Source of the DNA: Candidatus Poseidoniaceae archaeon | GTDB taxonomy: Archaea; Thermoplasmatota; Poseidoniia; Poseidoniales; Poseidoniaceae | Length of the DNA stretch: 64,000 nucleotides | Direction: 5' to 3' | Assembly (NCBI GenBank): GCA_028356125.1 | Contig: JAOMTZ010000003.1 | Coordinates: 25,557-89,556, forward strand | Part shown: positions 30,099-40,744 of the stretch, piece by piece | Numbering within the stretch: position 1 is the stretch's first letter | Layout: each line of letters starts with the position of its first letter | Notes under the pieces: model-generated | The model's database searches: none | Told to the model about the DNA's origin: nothing | What the model saw: the letters and a program-made list of their open reading frames with translations, nothing else | Made by a program: the position numbers and the translations under genes

Positions 30099-30152
30099 CT
30101 TCTAAATCCGATTTTAAGCGGTTGTTTCATCAGTAGGTAGTTTCTCACAGAC

Positions 30153-30809
30153 ATGTTAGCCATGGTTCGAGTTACTGATGTGGAAGACGAGGAAGCACCT
30201 ACAGTGCTGATTGTCGACAACAACCAAATGTCCCTTCATCGGCTTTCCAATATATTCCGCCAGAGAGAGTTCAATGTCGTTACTTGTGAAGACGGAGACA
30301 TGGCTGTCGACGAGTACATTCGATTAGATCCCGAACTCGTAGTTCTTTCACTAGATATTCCTTCAATGGACGGCCACTTGGCAGCATTAGAAATGAGGGA
30401 GCATGGAGATGAATGCAGAATTTTATTCTCCGCCCCCAAACGCCAAGCCCAACTTGCTCAGGATGCAACACATTCAGCAGGGGCGATCGGCTGGGTCGAG
30501 AAGCCGATTACTGCAAGTGCAATTGATTCAATCTGGGATTTAGTACTAGGTCCAATACCGGAAGCGCCGGGTTTAGAGGATTTAGATACTATACATCCTG
30601 TTGAAGATGTGGTAGAAGTTGAGCCAGATGAAGTAGCAACACCAACACCACCGCCACTTCAAGCAATCGCAATCAGCGTATCACCAGCAACAGAACCAAT
30701 TCTGAAAAGAAAGAAATCAAGCAAGGGAAAGAGACTCTTTGTCGTCCTAATACTGTTTACTGCCCTGGGGGCTGCTGGTTATTATGCATGGTCGAATAAT
30801 CTGTTGTGA
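30153..30809 (+). CDS. atypical receiver-domain protein with C-terminal TM anchor
   Basis: Motifs VLIVDNN, LVVLSLDIPSMDG, ILFS, EKP; Pro/acidic linker; basic stretch followed by a TM helix. Confidence 0.8.
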   Translation: MLAMVRVTDVEDEEAPTVLIVDNNQMSLHRLSNIFRQREFNVVTCEDGDMAVDEYIRLDPELVVLSLDIPSMDGHLAALEMREHGDECRILFSAPKRQAQLAQDATHSAGAIGWVEKPITASAIDSIWDLVLGPIPEAPGLEDLDTIHPVEDVVEVEPDEVATPTPPPLQAIAISVSPATEPILKRKKSSKGKRLFVVLILFTALGAAGYYAWSNNLL

Positions 30810-31101
30810 CTTGTTGATTACTAGTCACCGGAACTAATGCAATCCTTCCATCAGGTAACACCTGTCTGAGATATTGAGACGAATCGATAGGTAGTTGTTG
30901 AATTGCAACCTTCTCAACCCTACTTCCTTCCGGGGCATGAATAACCTCTGAAATTTTGTAATTAGGGGATGTAAGTAAAGCCATATCACCAGCTGCAATT
31001 CTAGAATCTAATTTTCGATTACTATTCCAAACATACCAAACAAAAACTCCAATACCAATAGCAAAGGGAATGGAAATTATGATCGTAGCAACAGAACTCA
31101 T
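30757..31101 (-). CDS. hypothetical single-pass membrane protein
   Basis: N-terminal hydrophobic helix; 4 bp overlap with pyrF. Confidence 0.6.
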   Translation of the reverse strand: MSSVATIIISIPFAIGIGVFVWYVWNSNRKLDSRIAAGDMALLTSPNYKISEVIHAPEGSRVEKVAIQQLPIDSSQYLRQVLPDGRIALVPVTSNQQVTTDYSTMHNNQQPPGQ

Positions 31102-31925
31102 GATTCTCTCTCAAGTAGTGCATTCCAAGAAGATTGAGCGTACTGCTTTGCAGATTCTGTTGGATTATCAGAACGATGTATGCCACTTCCGACTATTATA
31201 CAATCAGAACCTGCTAACACAGCATCATGAGGGTGGCCATATCTCTGACCCATTTCTCCATCCCCAACAGCAAGATTCACACCAGGGGTCCAAATCAACT
31301 TCTCAGAACCAACCTTTAATCTCAGTTCAATGAGTTCTTCTGGGCTAGAACCATTTCCAATAAATCCGAAAACTCCAGGATGGCTTTTTCCTTTTGCAAC
31401 AACTTCGTCAGTGTAATTGGGATTTAGTAAATTTCCACGACTCGACATCTGTGCTAGAAGCAACACGCCGCCACTTCTACCCACATCATCCCATCCAGCC
31501 TGTAACCCATCAACAATGTCGGGGCCGCTGATCAAATGCGCCGTTACCAAATCACTCCAACTACGTATATCGTATACTCCAGCCATTTGATCTCTGCTTA
31601 TTTTACCAATATCTGCAAATTTTCGGTCTTCAAATATCAATAAATCAGCATCTCTTGCCTTTTCACAAAAATCGGACCAAGATTCAGGTGTCCAATCATC
31701 GACCAAATCAACATGGGTCTTCAATGCGGCCAAGTAGGGGCCGACAGAATCGATTAATTCGAATAAACCAGACATGGTTCTTCTATCTGCAGCAAGACAA
31801 ACCAAACTCTGTTTGCGGGCAGCAACTTCCATGTATCTACGAGCAATATTTGATGTCGAACTAGCCCAACGCTCTCCCCATATTTCACTCGCCATCGTAA
31901 GGGGCAATGTGAGGGGCTGTGTCAA
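31098..31925 (-). CDS. pyrF: orotidine 5'-phosphate decarboxylase, URA3/UMPS-type
   Basis: Motifs LKTHVD, FEDRKFADIG, TPGV, GQRY, IIVGSGI. Confidence 0.93.
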   Translation of the reverse strand: MTQPLTLPLTMASEIWGERWASSTSNIARRYMEVAARKQSLVCLAADRRTMSGLFELIDSVGPYLAALKTHVDLVDDWTPESWSDFCEKARDADLLIFEDRKFADIGKISRDQMAGVYDIRSWSDLVTAHLISGPDIVDGLQAGWDDVGRSGGVLLLAQMSSRGNLLNPNYTDEVVAKGKSHPGVFGFIGNGSSPEELIELRLKVGSEKLIWTPGVNLAVGDGEMGQRYGHPHDAVLAGSDCIIVGSGIHRSDNPTESAKQYAQSSWNALLERES

Positions 31926-32887
31926 TCTTGCGCCTGAATAGAGTTAACAGAGTCTACCAACGTATCCGCAACACTATAATTTGTTAGCGACAGCACTTCA
32001 AAAGCATCTCCAACCTCATAGTCGACATGCGTACCAAGAGTCCCCTTCAATTGTTTAACTGAAAGTTTGGGATGGAATAGGGCTAGAATATATGCGAACA
32101 TCCTAGGTAATCTACGGGTAGCAAATTTTCGTGGTAATTTCGAACTCAACTCTTTACCTATTTCGTTCATCCACATACCTTTTTTGTGAATAATATAACG
32201 GGCGCGATCTTCCCCTTCATCCAGGGCATTTACGTGCGCTTTAGCAACATCTCTAACATCTACAAAATTTATGTGTATGTCTAGAACAAAAGGAGGCCCT
32301 TTTACGAAATGCTTCAGATATGACATAGAACCATTCATATGTCTACTGTGGAGAATCGGTCCGAATACAATAGATGGGTGTATAGTTACTAACCTCAAAT
32401 CCTTTCCTTCAGCCCACTTTCTTATTTTCTTCTCCCCTTCAGCCTTTGCAAACCCATACGCATTGTAACTAGGAGTGGCATCTTCGCACCAATCCGAATT
32501 CGTGAAAACCTTACCATTTTCGAATTTAGATGAACGAATAGCAGCAACCGAAGAAGTATGTACAATTCGTTTTACTTTATTCATTACTGAACATAAACTT
32601 TCAACCCCAATCACCGAAGGATCTACAACCTCTGCTTTTACATCTTTAACTCCGATATTTAGTGAAGCGGCACAGTGAATGACATCATCACACCCCTCAA
32701 CAGCTTTTTTTAGAGAAGCAACATCAAACAAGTCAGCTTTCACAACCTCTAAGAGTTCACTTTTCGGAAACATCTCAGAAAGCGAAACATCTCTCATCAT
32801 TGCTCGAACATGAACGCCCCGGTCCAATAACTCTAGAACAACATGTGCTCCTATGAATCCACTAGCACCAGTAACCAACACAGGCAT
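31922..32887 (-). CDS. extended SDR / NAD-dependent epimerase-dehydratase (DFR/Gre2-like)
   Basis: Motifs VTGASGFIG, TSSVAAI, YGFAK, FVDVRDVA. Confidence 0.88.
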   Translation of the reverse strand: MPVLVTGASGFIGAHVVLELLDRGVHVRAMMRDVSLSEMFPKSELLEVVKADLFDVASLKKAVEGCDDVIHCAASLNIGVKDVKAEVVDPSVIGVESLCSVMNKVKRIVHTSSVAAIRSSKFENGKVFTNSDWCEDATPSYNAYGFAKAEGEKKIRKWAEGKDLRLVTIHPSIVFGPILHSRHMNGSMSYLKHFVKGPPFVLDIHINFVDVRDVAKAHVNALDEGEDRARYIIHKKGMWMNEIGKELSSKLPRKFATRRLPRMFAYILALFHPKLSVKQLKGTLGTHVDYEVGDAFEVLSLTNYSVADTLVDSVNSIQAQD

Positions 32888-32945
32888 AATAACGCCCAAA
32901 CACAACAGGGTCATCTTCTTGCCGCATGGGCGTTACGCACAAATA

Positions 32946-34737
32946 ATGCGCAGCGCTCTTCTACTGGCCTCACTCTTCATCATCCTCCCTATGTCTGGAT
33001 GTTTTGGTGAAAGCGAGAGCGCAGAAATAGAACAAGAAATGTCATATTACCCCGATATTACTGAACGCCAATACTTGGATTGGGAATGGAACGGAACATA
33101 TTCAATGGTTCTTGAAAAGGGCCCCTATACGGCATTAGATGTCCAAGAAGCGACCTTCGAAGTGGACACTTCTGATATCTGGGAGACCGGACCACCAACA
33201 TCTAACGTACACCTATCATACTGGTTACCCTCCAACACAGAATTAGGCGAAAAGGTCCCGGTTATCGCAATAGTTAGTCCGTACTTTTCCTTCGGCCAAC
33301 CAGGTGATGAATCTGGCGCAACCAATGTAGTTGGGGCAGGAAGGGGCGAATTCATATTCGACAATTATATTCCTCATGGCTATGCTTTCGCACAAGTTTC
33401 AGTATTTGGAACAGAAGAGTCTAGCGGATGTTTTGATTACAGAGGAGCTGGAGAAGGCTTAGGAATCCACCATGCTGTTGAATGGCTTGGACAACAAAAC
33501 TGGTCCAATGGTAACGTGGGGCTGTATGGTAAGTCATACGAAGGTGCAACACAATGGGAAGCTGCAGCATTAGGTAGCGAACATCTCAAAACAATAGTTC
33601 CAATTTCAGGTACAACCGCACTACATCCACTGCTGTACAAAAACGGTAGCGCAGAAGCAAGAAGCCAAGTTATGCACATGAATTATTTTGGCAGCACAGT
33701 CGATTACAACGGAGACGACCTTGACAATATCTGCCCAGATATAGTCGAGGGAATATTTGCCGGCCCAGTAACATATGGCTTGGGAGAATTAGATCCATAC
33801 ATGGAGAATTACTACGATGAGCGCAGCCATATCGACAAAGCATTCCAGAACTGGAACGGCTCGATATATTGGGTGCAAGGAATGCAAGACTGGAACGTTG
33901 ATCCACACCAAGTGTTCGGCGGCCCTTCAGGCACAAATTGGTACCTTGATTATTCAGCAGCAGGCTACGATGTGCGTGGTATGCTTGGGCAATGGGAACA
34001 TAATTATCCTGACCAATGGACAAAGCACAACGCACAAGATTCGGGTTACGGGGGAGAAGCAATCCACAATATGACCCGTTGGGACTGGGGCCAAGATCTA
34101 TTCGAGTGGTTCGAGTACTATCTCAAAGGAGTCGGTCCAAAGCCCGACAACCATGCACAGATTCAGAGAAACGATGGAGAGTGGCGAATCGAAGAATTAT
34201 GGCCTCCACAAGACGCAACTTGGGAGATGATGGACTTAGCTAACTGCGACCAAGATGGAGGCAGCGTAGGGGGAACTTCAGTTGTTGGGGGGGGGCCAAC
34301 AAACCGTCATTTTCACATGCGAAGGTTTCACCCAAGATATGCACATAGCAGGGCTACCAACACTCCATCTCGACGTATCGGCATCCATGGACGGTGGACA
34401 GATTTTTGCTGAATTACAAGACGCAGAAACCGGACTAAGACTCGGTCACGCTACAATGGATATCCGATACCATGCCGGTGGATACGATCCACAAACCGTA
34501 TCTCCAGGCCAAAGTCTTGTGATGCTAATGGAATTCCAAGGTATAGACGCAATACTTCCTGCAGGGCATGGAATCAAACTAGTTCTTACCGAAACAGGCG
34601 AAGATTATCTCGCACCGGCATGTGGGAACACTTGCCCAGTTACTGTCAATGGAGGGACATTCTCATTCCCACAAATTAGCAGAGATGGGTCGAATATTTT
34701 AGCCACCCCGCAGAATTCTGAAGCAGCAAATAACTGA
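32946..34737 (+). pseudogene. CocE/NonD family hydrolase, frameshifted at a G9 run (34287-34295); may be a sequencing error rather than a true pseudogene
   Basis: Motifs GKSYEG, QGMQDWNV, GQWEH in the first frame. The C-terminal domain (AGLPTLHL...RLGH) continues in another frame exactly at the homopolymer. Confidence 0.8.
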
Positions 34738-34924
34738 AAACAAAATATTGGGCAAATGCGCAATTTACAGCAATTCTACGACCATTGCTAGTAAAAATAT
34801 AATCAATAAGAGAAGACTATATTGAGCAAACGAGCAGTAAAAAAGAATTATAGTGATTTTTATTACCTACTTTATACAAGAAAAATGTGCGATTTGATAA
34901 TATACTGCCTCGTCAACCCAAACG

Positions 34925-35950
34925 ATGAAACCCATGCTGATTGATAAAGCGAAACTGGAGTATATTTGGCTTGACGGATATACACCTACACAGAACATGA
35001 GAAGCAAGACACTGGTGAGAGACAACTTCTCCGGCGAATTAGAAGACTGCCCAATGTGGTGCTTTGATGGTTCATCTACACGTCAAGCCGAAGGCGGAGA
35101 TTCAGATTGTTTACTAAAGCCGATTGCAATATATCCCGACCCGCAAAGAGTGAATGGTTACCTTGTAATGTGCGAAGTTATGAATTCAGACGGAACCCCT
35201 CACGCTAGTAATGGACGTGCTACCATTGATGATGACGACGAAGACTTTTGGTTTGGCTTTGAGCAGGAATATTTCATCATGGATTCTGAAACCCAACAAC
35301 CCCTAGGCTTCCCAGTCGGGGGATATCCTGGCCCACAAGGACTGTACTATTGTTCAGTTGGTGGAAGAAACACCCATGGTAGGACATTTGTAGAAGAACA
35401 CGCAGACCTCTGTCTAGACGCAGGGATAAATTTCGAAGGAATCAACCAAGAAGTTGCATGTGGACAATGGGAATTCCAAGTCTTTGCTAAGGGAGCGAAG
35501 AAAGCTGGCGACGAACTTTGGGTAGCAAGGTACCTTCTTGATCGCCTAACAGAAGATTACGGATATTACATTGAATATCACCCTAAGCCAGTACAGGGAG
35601 ACTGGAACGGGTCTGGAATGCATGCTAATTTCAGTGATGGAAAAATGAGAGACGCAGGCGGAGAGAAGTTATTCTCAATGATTTGTGAAGAGTTTGGAAA
35701 GAATGTCAAGAAACACATGGATGTTTACGGAGCACATAACGAACTTCGTCTAACTGGACTACACGAAACCCAATCTATTGACCAATTCTCGTATGGAGTA
35801 TCCGACAGAGGAGCATCAATCCGCATACCAATTGGAACTGTGGAAGATGGCTGGAAAGGAAGGTTAGAAGACCGCAGACCTGCATCTAATGGAGACCCAT
35901 ACAAGATTGGCGCTGTAATCATCTCAACTACTAAGGCAGCCTACAACTGA
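34925..35950 (+). CDS. glnII: glutamine synthetase type II (GSII)
   Basis: 341 aa; motifs EYIWLDG, WCFDGSST, WFGFEQEY, GDWNGSGMH, EDRRPASNGDPY. Confidence 0.92.
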   Translation: MKPMLIDKAKLEYIWLDGYTPTQNMRSKTLVRDNFSGELEDCPMWCFDGSSTRQAEGGDSDCLLKPIAIYPDPQRVNGYLVMCEVMNSDGTPHASNGRATIDDDDEDFWFGFEQEYFIMDSETQQPLGFPVGGYPGPQGLYYCSVGGRNTHGRTFVEEHADLCLDAGINFEGINQEVACGQWEFQVFAKGAKKAGDELWVARYLLDRLTEDYGYYIEYHPKPVQGDWNGSGMHANFSDGKMRDAGGEKLFSMICEEFGKNVKKHMDVYGAHNELRLTGLHETQSIDQFSYGVSDRGASIRIPIGTVEDGWKGRLEDRRPASNGDPYKIGAVIISTTKAAYN

Positions 35951-36216
35951 TTATTTTCTCTTCTGAGTTTCAAAACCCCAGTGAAGACTGAAAGTATCAT
36001 TATCAGAGCGGCAGCATTGCTGTAGATAATAGAAGGAGAACCGTCGATGATTCCGTATGTCATCCACAATGCCAATGCTAGGGCGACCACTGCGAAAGTT
36101 GGCAGGGAAACCCCTTCGTGCTTTTTCTCAAACCAAACGGTTTTGACCTGAGGTATCCAAGCAAGAATTCCTAGAACACCAGCAGTGAAGCCAATGACCT
36201 CTAACATCATCCCCAC
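35941..36216 (-). CDS. SemiSWEET / PQ-loop family transporter
   Basis: 91 aa, three TM helices, IPQ motif, W..YG and conserved Asn. Confidence 0.82.
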   Translation of the reverse strand: MGMMLEVIGFTAGVLGILAWIPQVKTVWFEKKHEGVSLPTFAVVALALALWMTYGIIDGSPSIIYSNAAALIMILSVFTGVLKLRRENNQL

Positions 36217-37028
36217 TCCTCGCGGGGGTTACTGAACTCAATCTTGGAAATTTGCGCAAACGGAATAATTCTCGAACCATCCTCGCCCACTACAGAGATA
36301 TGTGGGCCGGATTGATCTCGTACAACCTGGCCCGTTGATAATTCGCTTTTCGGACCAACGATTAATCCCAGTAGGCCAGAATTTTTTACGGTACAATCTT
36401 TCTTTTCATATGGATATTCAAGAATATCTCCATGTACAGTCTTGCCACCATTTAGGTGAATAGTATCCCATGTACCAAAGCCCAACAAAGTCTCTCGTAG
36501 TTCATCGGAAGGTGGTGTTTTATCCATTTTATCAATCATATCGATAAACCCTAATTCATCATATGCTTCAGCAGGAACTTCATCTGGCAAAGGCTCCCAT
36601 TCCAGGTTTTTGTTAGAGAATACCAAAACCGTTCTACTTGGGGGGACTTCTTTATCGGTTCTATTCTCATGAAGGTCGCACAGAATGTCACCCTTTCTCG
36701 CAGTCCAAGCAACGATATCCTTGTGCATCAAAGTACCACCATTTTTCCTTTTTTGGAAAAACCGCCCCTCACTAGTAATTGTAAAAGAACCAGACCAATG
36801 TTTCTGCTCAACAAAGAGAATTTCATCTCCTGTTGCTACTACCATGTCAATTTCTCTTCGACCCCCTTCTTCAGGATCGGGTATTCTAATGCCTTCCAGA
36901 ACCAATGCTTCCCCAGCTACCGCCCTAGTGAGTTTCATCAATCTAAACTCAGCAAGTCTGCCAGAAACCACATGCCCTTCTGGCTCGAATCGTTTTCTCC
37001 TGGAGAGAAATTCTTCTAATCTTCCCAA
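36207..37028 (-). CDS. NERD-domain protein
   Basis: Motif RIPD...REIDMVV...LFVEQKHWSG. Confidence 0.78.
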   Translation of the reverse strand: MGRLEEFLSRRKRFEPEGHVVSGRLAEFRLMKLTRAVAGEALVLEGIRIPDPEEGGRREIDMVVATGDEILFVEQKHWSGSFTITSEGRFFQKRKNGGTLMHKDIVAWTARKGDILCDLHENRTDKEVPPSRTVLVFSNKNLEWEPLPDEVPAEAYDELGFIDMIDKMDKTPPSDELRETLLGFGTWDTIHLNGGKTVHGDILEYPYEKKDCTVKNSGLLGLIVGPKSELSTGQVVRDQSGPHISVVGEDGSRIIPFAQISKIEFSNPREEWG

Positions 37029-37032
37029 TTAA

Positions 37033-37848
37033 TCACCTCAGTAACTCATCGACAGACTCGACAACCACACTAACATCCATTCCCGATTCGCTCAAATCAC
37101 TACGTGTTGCTTCTCCAGATAGAACCAGTACAGAAACACAGCCCGCTTGAACAGCCATTTCCATATCGGTGTACAAACGGTCTCCAACCATTGCACATTC
37201 TGCAGGATTAAGCCCCAATTCTACGATCTTATGCATAATCATTCCAGGATTAGGCTTTCCAGTAATGTGGACAGGGTCTTGCCCCGTTGTCACCTTCAAC
37301 ATCGCTAGATAGGCACCAACATCCGGAAGCCCACCATCTGGCGAAGGGCACACCATGTCGGGGTGGCTTGCAACTAGAGGAACTCCTCTGTGCATGTGAA
37401 TCGAAGCAGTAGAAATTTTTTCGTAATCGATTTCAGTATCATATCCTAGAACAACATATTGGGGGTCATTATCCTTGGTAGTAATACCAACGTCTTCCAT
37501 CATACTCCGCATCCCTGCGGTAGCGATTGCCCATGTTCGAGTTATTTCATTTTTAGAAAGCCACGAAAGCAGATCATGGGTTGATAGTAAAACATCTTCA
37601 GGAATACACGGGATTCCCATTTTGTTTAATTTAGCCACATATTGTTCAACAGAACGAGATGAATTATTGGATAGGAAATATCGTTTAACGCCCCTTTCTT
37701 CACATCTCTTAAGGAAATCTAAGGCGCCATCAATCAAGTTACCACCGAGGTATATCGTTCCATCGAGGTCGAGAAAAACTGCCTTGACTCCTGATAATTG
37801 AGAATTCATAAAATCACCTAGAATAACAAGGTCTTCACTAAGAACCAT
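37033..37848 (-). CDS. HAD-IIA (NagD-like) phosphatase
   Basis: Motifs DLDGT, SNNS, GKP, VGDRLYTD. Confidence 0.9.
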   Translation of the reverse strand: MVLSEDLVILGDFMNSQLSGVKAVFLDLDGTIYLGGNLIDGALDFLKRCEERGVKRYFLSNNSSRSVEQYVAKLNKMGIPCIPEDVLLSTHDLLSWLSKNEITRTWAIATAGMRSMMEDVGITTKDNDPQYVVLGYDTEIDYEKISTASIHMHRGVPLVASHPDMVCPSPDGGLPDVGAYLAMLKVTTGQDPVHITGKPNPGMIMHKIVELGLNPAECAMVGDRLYTDMEMAVQAGCVSVLVLSGEATRSDLSESGMDVSVVVESVDELLR

Positions 37849-39167
37849 TTCGAATGCAAGTTTTCTTGAGCTTCTTTACTAGCAATCATTTCAGTCATCA
37901 TTTCCTGAATGACCGGTTTACGACCCGCCTTACTAACGAACCAGTTTAGGAGCCATTTACGCCTACTCATTTTTTGCATTTTGAATGAATTTGATAACTC
38001 TGGACCCAAAGCAGCCCACAACTCCTCTTGGTATGCTTCCCCGCCTTTATTTTCAATGACGTGTCGGGCTGCCATTTCTCCGCTAACCAATGCGTTACCA
38101 ACACCTTCTCCGGAGAAGGGGTCGACTAAACTAGCAGCGTCTCCAATCAACAGTGCGCCGGGTGCAAATGCCTTTCGCGGTTGATTTTTCTCACCTTTTC
38201 TTGGACTTCCAAAGGGTAATTGCCACCCCTTGCCAGTTCCATCCACCATCTTAGCATCTGCAAATCTATCTTTGAATAATGGATGGTTTGCAATTACTTC
38301 GGCTTGTAGAGGTTTGAGTTTTTTCTTCTGCTTATCCATCAACCCTAGAACCATACCGATTCCAACATTGACTCTTCCATTTCCAAGCGGGAATAACCAG
38401 AAATATCCAGGGATAATACTGTCAACAAAATGGATTTCGATATTTCCTGCATTTCCTTCACAGCCTTTGACACCATCCCAATATTCACGGTATCCACCAC
38501 AGTAATGCATTCTATCGACTAACTCCTGTTTATCCATTTCCTTGATTATTTTTCTCGCTACAGGGCATTGATATCCACCGGCACCAATTGTCCAAGGTGC
38601 CGAATATACTCTTTTCTCGCCCCTTTTACCGCCGATTCCAATTTCTACACCTGTGATCTTACCACCAGTGTCGAAAACTTGTGTCACGGTTGCACCTTGG
38701 ATTACAGAACCACCGTTTTCTAAAACGAGTTCTGTCGCCCTTTCGAAAACTAACCAGTCAAATTGCTGCCTAGGGAGCGAGTACCCAGCTTCCATTTTTT
38801 CAACATCTTTTTCCGGTAAAGGAACAGTTACTTCACTACCATTTGGTGATGAGAATACAATGCCAGTGACTCTGAAGTGAGGGGTCGACTCGAGCTTTGC
38901 TTTTACACCCAAGGCATTGACGTGACCTAGTGATTTACCGCCAACAGCATCCCCACATACTTTGTCGCGAGGCCAAACCCCCTTCTCAATCAAAAGAACT
39001 CTTTTCCCCTCCATTGCAAGATATGATGCAGCAGCAGAACCGCCTGGGCCCCCCCCTACAACAATGCAATCAAATTCGGTTTCTGATGGTGGCACGAGGC
39101 CGGTCTCGATGGGCATGTCCCAAAATTGACCACTCGCCATATTGGTCACACACAGCATCAAGCACAA
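37818..39167 (-). CDS. geranylgeranyl reductase family flavoprotein
   Basis: Motifs GGGPGG, RDKVCGDA, GYFWLFP, GDAASLVDPFSGEG. Confidence 0.9.
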   Translation of the reverse strand: MCLMLCVTNMASGQFWDMPIETGLVPPSETEFDCIVVGGGPGGSAAASYLAMEGKRVLLIEKGVWPRDKVCGDAVGGKSLGHVNALGVKAKLESTPHFRVTGIVFSSPNGSEVTVPLPEKDVEKMEAGYSLPRQQFDWLVFERATELVLENGGSVIQGATVTQVFDTGGKITGVEIGIGGKRGEKRVYSAPWTIGAGGYQCPVARKIIKEMDKQELVDRMHYCGGYREYWDGVKGCEGNAGNIEIHFVDSIIPGYFWLFPLGNGRVNVGIGMVLGLMDKQKKKLKPLQAEVIANHPLFKDRFADAKMVDGTGKGWQLPFGSPRKGEKNQPRKAFAPGALLIGDAASLVDPFSGEGVGNALVSGEMAARHVIENKGGEAYQEELWAALGPELSNSFKMQKMSRRKWLLNWFVSKAGRKPVIQEMMTEMIASKEAQENLHSKWFLVKTLLF

Positions 39168-39245
39168 TAGGGTTAGTGCTGTTAGTGATAGAAAATCAAA
39201 TTTCTATCGACATTTCTACCTATTCAAGACAACCGCCATCATCAA

Positions 39246-40205
39246 ATGCTAGAAAATAGGGCAAGCCATATGGCCACTAGAAGACAAGCAGTAGTCGGCT
39301 TGTTCTTTGTCACATTATTGTGGGGTGGAACCTTCGTTTGGATGAAACAGGCCATGAATTCACTTGATGATGAATTAGACCAATACACTACAGCAGGCGT
39401 AGTTGGAGTAATTGTTGCATCAAGGTTCCTTATAGCGTTTGTAGCCCTACTCCCCTTTTCTAGCAAAGCAAGAAGAGCCCTTACTTCGAAAGAAGACTGG
39501 AAAGGGGGATTAATTCTTGGGAGTCTAATGTTAGCAGGATTCATCCTACAGATGATCGGAATTGATTCAGTTAGCCCTTCAGTTTCCGCATTTCTAACCT
39601 CCCTCTATGTAGTATTTACAGCAATACTTTCGGTTAAAATCAGTGATAGGAAACCGACACGTATGATGATTGTCGGGGTTGGATTAGCGACACTCGGGGC
39701 CGGTTTCATAGACGGGCCACCACATATTGTATGGGGCACGGGAGAAATATTGACTGTAATGTGCGCATTTTTCTTCGCCCTACACATCATTTACACAGAT
39801 AGTATCACAAAAAAACTGAACCCAATAGCAGTTACATCTACCTCTTTTGCAGTTTTAGTAGTGGGCGCTGCACTAATCGCCATAATCGCCTCTGGTGACT
39901 TTATGGTCATAGAAGTGGCCTGGCAATCAGGAGTCGTAATTCCATTAATATGCCTCGGATTATTTGGCTCACTGGCTTGTATTTTAATGCTGAATGCTTT
40001 CCAAAAATATCTGAATCCAACCCATGCTGCAATCATATATTCCTTCGAACCAGTTTGGGCCACTATTTACGGGTGGTCGGTTGGCCTAGTCGAAGTTTCC
40101 ATTTGGTTAGCAATGGGGCTTTTATTACTAATCGGTAACATTGTAGTTGAGTTGGATGAATCAGACGACATTGATCATCTAAGTGAAGAAGCAGGGCCAG
40201 AATAG
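39246..40205 (+). CDS. DMT/EamA family transporter
   Basis: About 10 TM helices; motifs LWGGTF and EPVWA. Confidence 0.88.
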   Translation: MLENRASHMATRRQAVVGLFFVTLLWGGTFVWMKQAMNSLDDELDQYTTAGVVGVIVASRFLIAFVALLPFSSKARRALTSKEDWKGGLILGSLMLAGFILQMIGIDSVSPSVSAFLTSLYVVFTAILSVKISDRKPTRMMIVGVGLATLGAGFIDGPPHIVWGTGEILTVMCAFFFALHIIYTDSITKKLNPIAVTSTSFAVLVVGAALIAIIASGDFMVIEVAWQSGVVIPLICLGLFGSLACILMLNAFQKYLNPTHAAIIYSFEPVWATIYGWSVGLVEVSIWLAMGLLLLIGNIVVELDESDDIDHLSEEAGPE

Positions 40206-40630
40206 TCGTAGAACGAGACCATCGTTTGCGTACTAGAGATCCCCCCTACTTTGGAGAGGCCATCCAAAATTGCATCACCCAGCGAATCCATAGATGGGCT
40301 TACGACTTCGATGATTAAATCCCAATCACCTGCAATTACATTACACCTAACCACATATGACAATTCGCATATTTTCTTTGCCACATCTCTTCGATCGACA
40401 TTACCTCTATCACATCGAGCAAAAATAAACGCACGTAATTCATGTCCCCAAGCCTTTGCATCGATATCGACAGTATACCTGCGAATTACCCCTTCTCGCT
40501 GCAAACGCATCATCCTGTCATGCGTAGTAACCCTTGCAATACCCATCTCCTCGGCCAGTGAGGTTACCGACGCTCGAGAATCACGTTTTAGTAGCTCAAT
40601 CAGTTTCAAATCGGTATCATCTAGTTTCAT
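40175..40630 (-). CDS. Lrp/AsnC family transcriptional regulator
   Basis: N-terminal LDDTD...R HTH plus RAM domain (VIAGDWD). Confidence 0.92.
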   Translation of the reverse strand: MKLDDTDLKLIELLKRDSRASVTSLAEEMGIARVTTHDRMMRLQREGVIRRYTVDIDAKAWGHELRAFIFARCDRGNVDRRDVAKKICELSYVVRCNVIAGDWDLIIEVVSPSMDSLGDAILDGLSKVGGISSTQTMVSFYDYSGPASSLR

Positions 40631-40664
40631 AATTAAACGAAAAGGCGGCTTATTTTCAAAGATT

Positions 40665-40713
40665 CCGTCAAATTGTCGGTAAATACGGTGTATTTGGAAG
40701 TTTTAGCCGACAA
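40665..40713. promoter_or_regulatory. candidate Lrp operator in the divergent promoter
   Basis: 15 bp imperfect palindrome CCGTCAAATTGTCGG (40665-40679) and a half-site CCGACAA (40707-40713) between lrp and the PLP enzyme gene. Confidence 0.35.
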
Positions 40714-40744
40714 GCCGGTCAAATTCAAAGCGAATTGTTCATGA

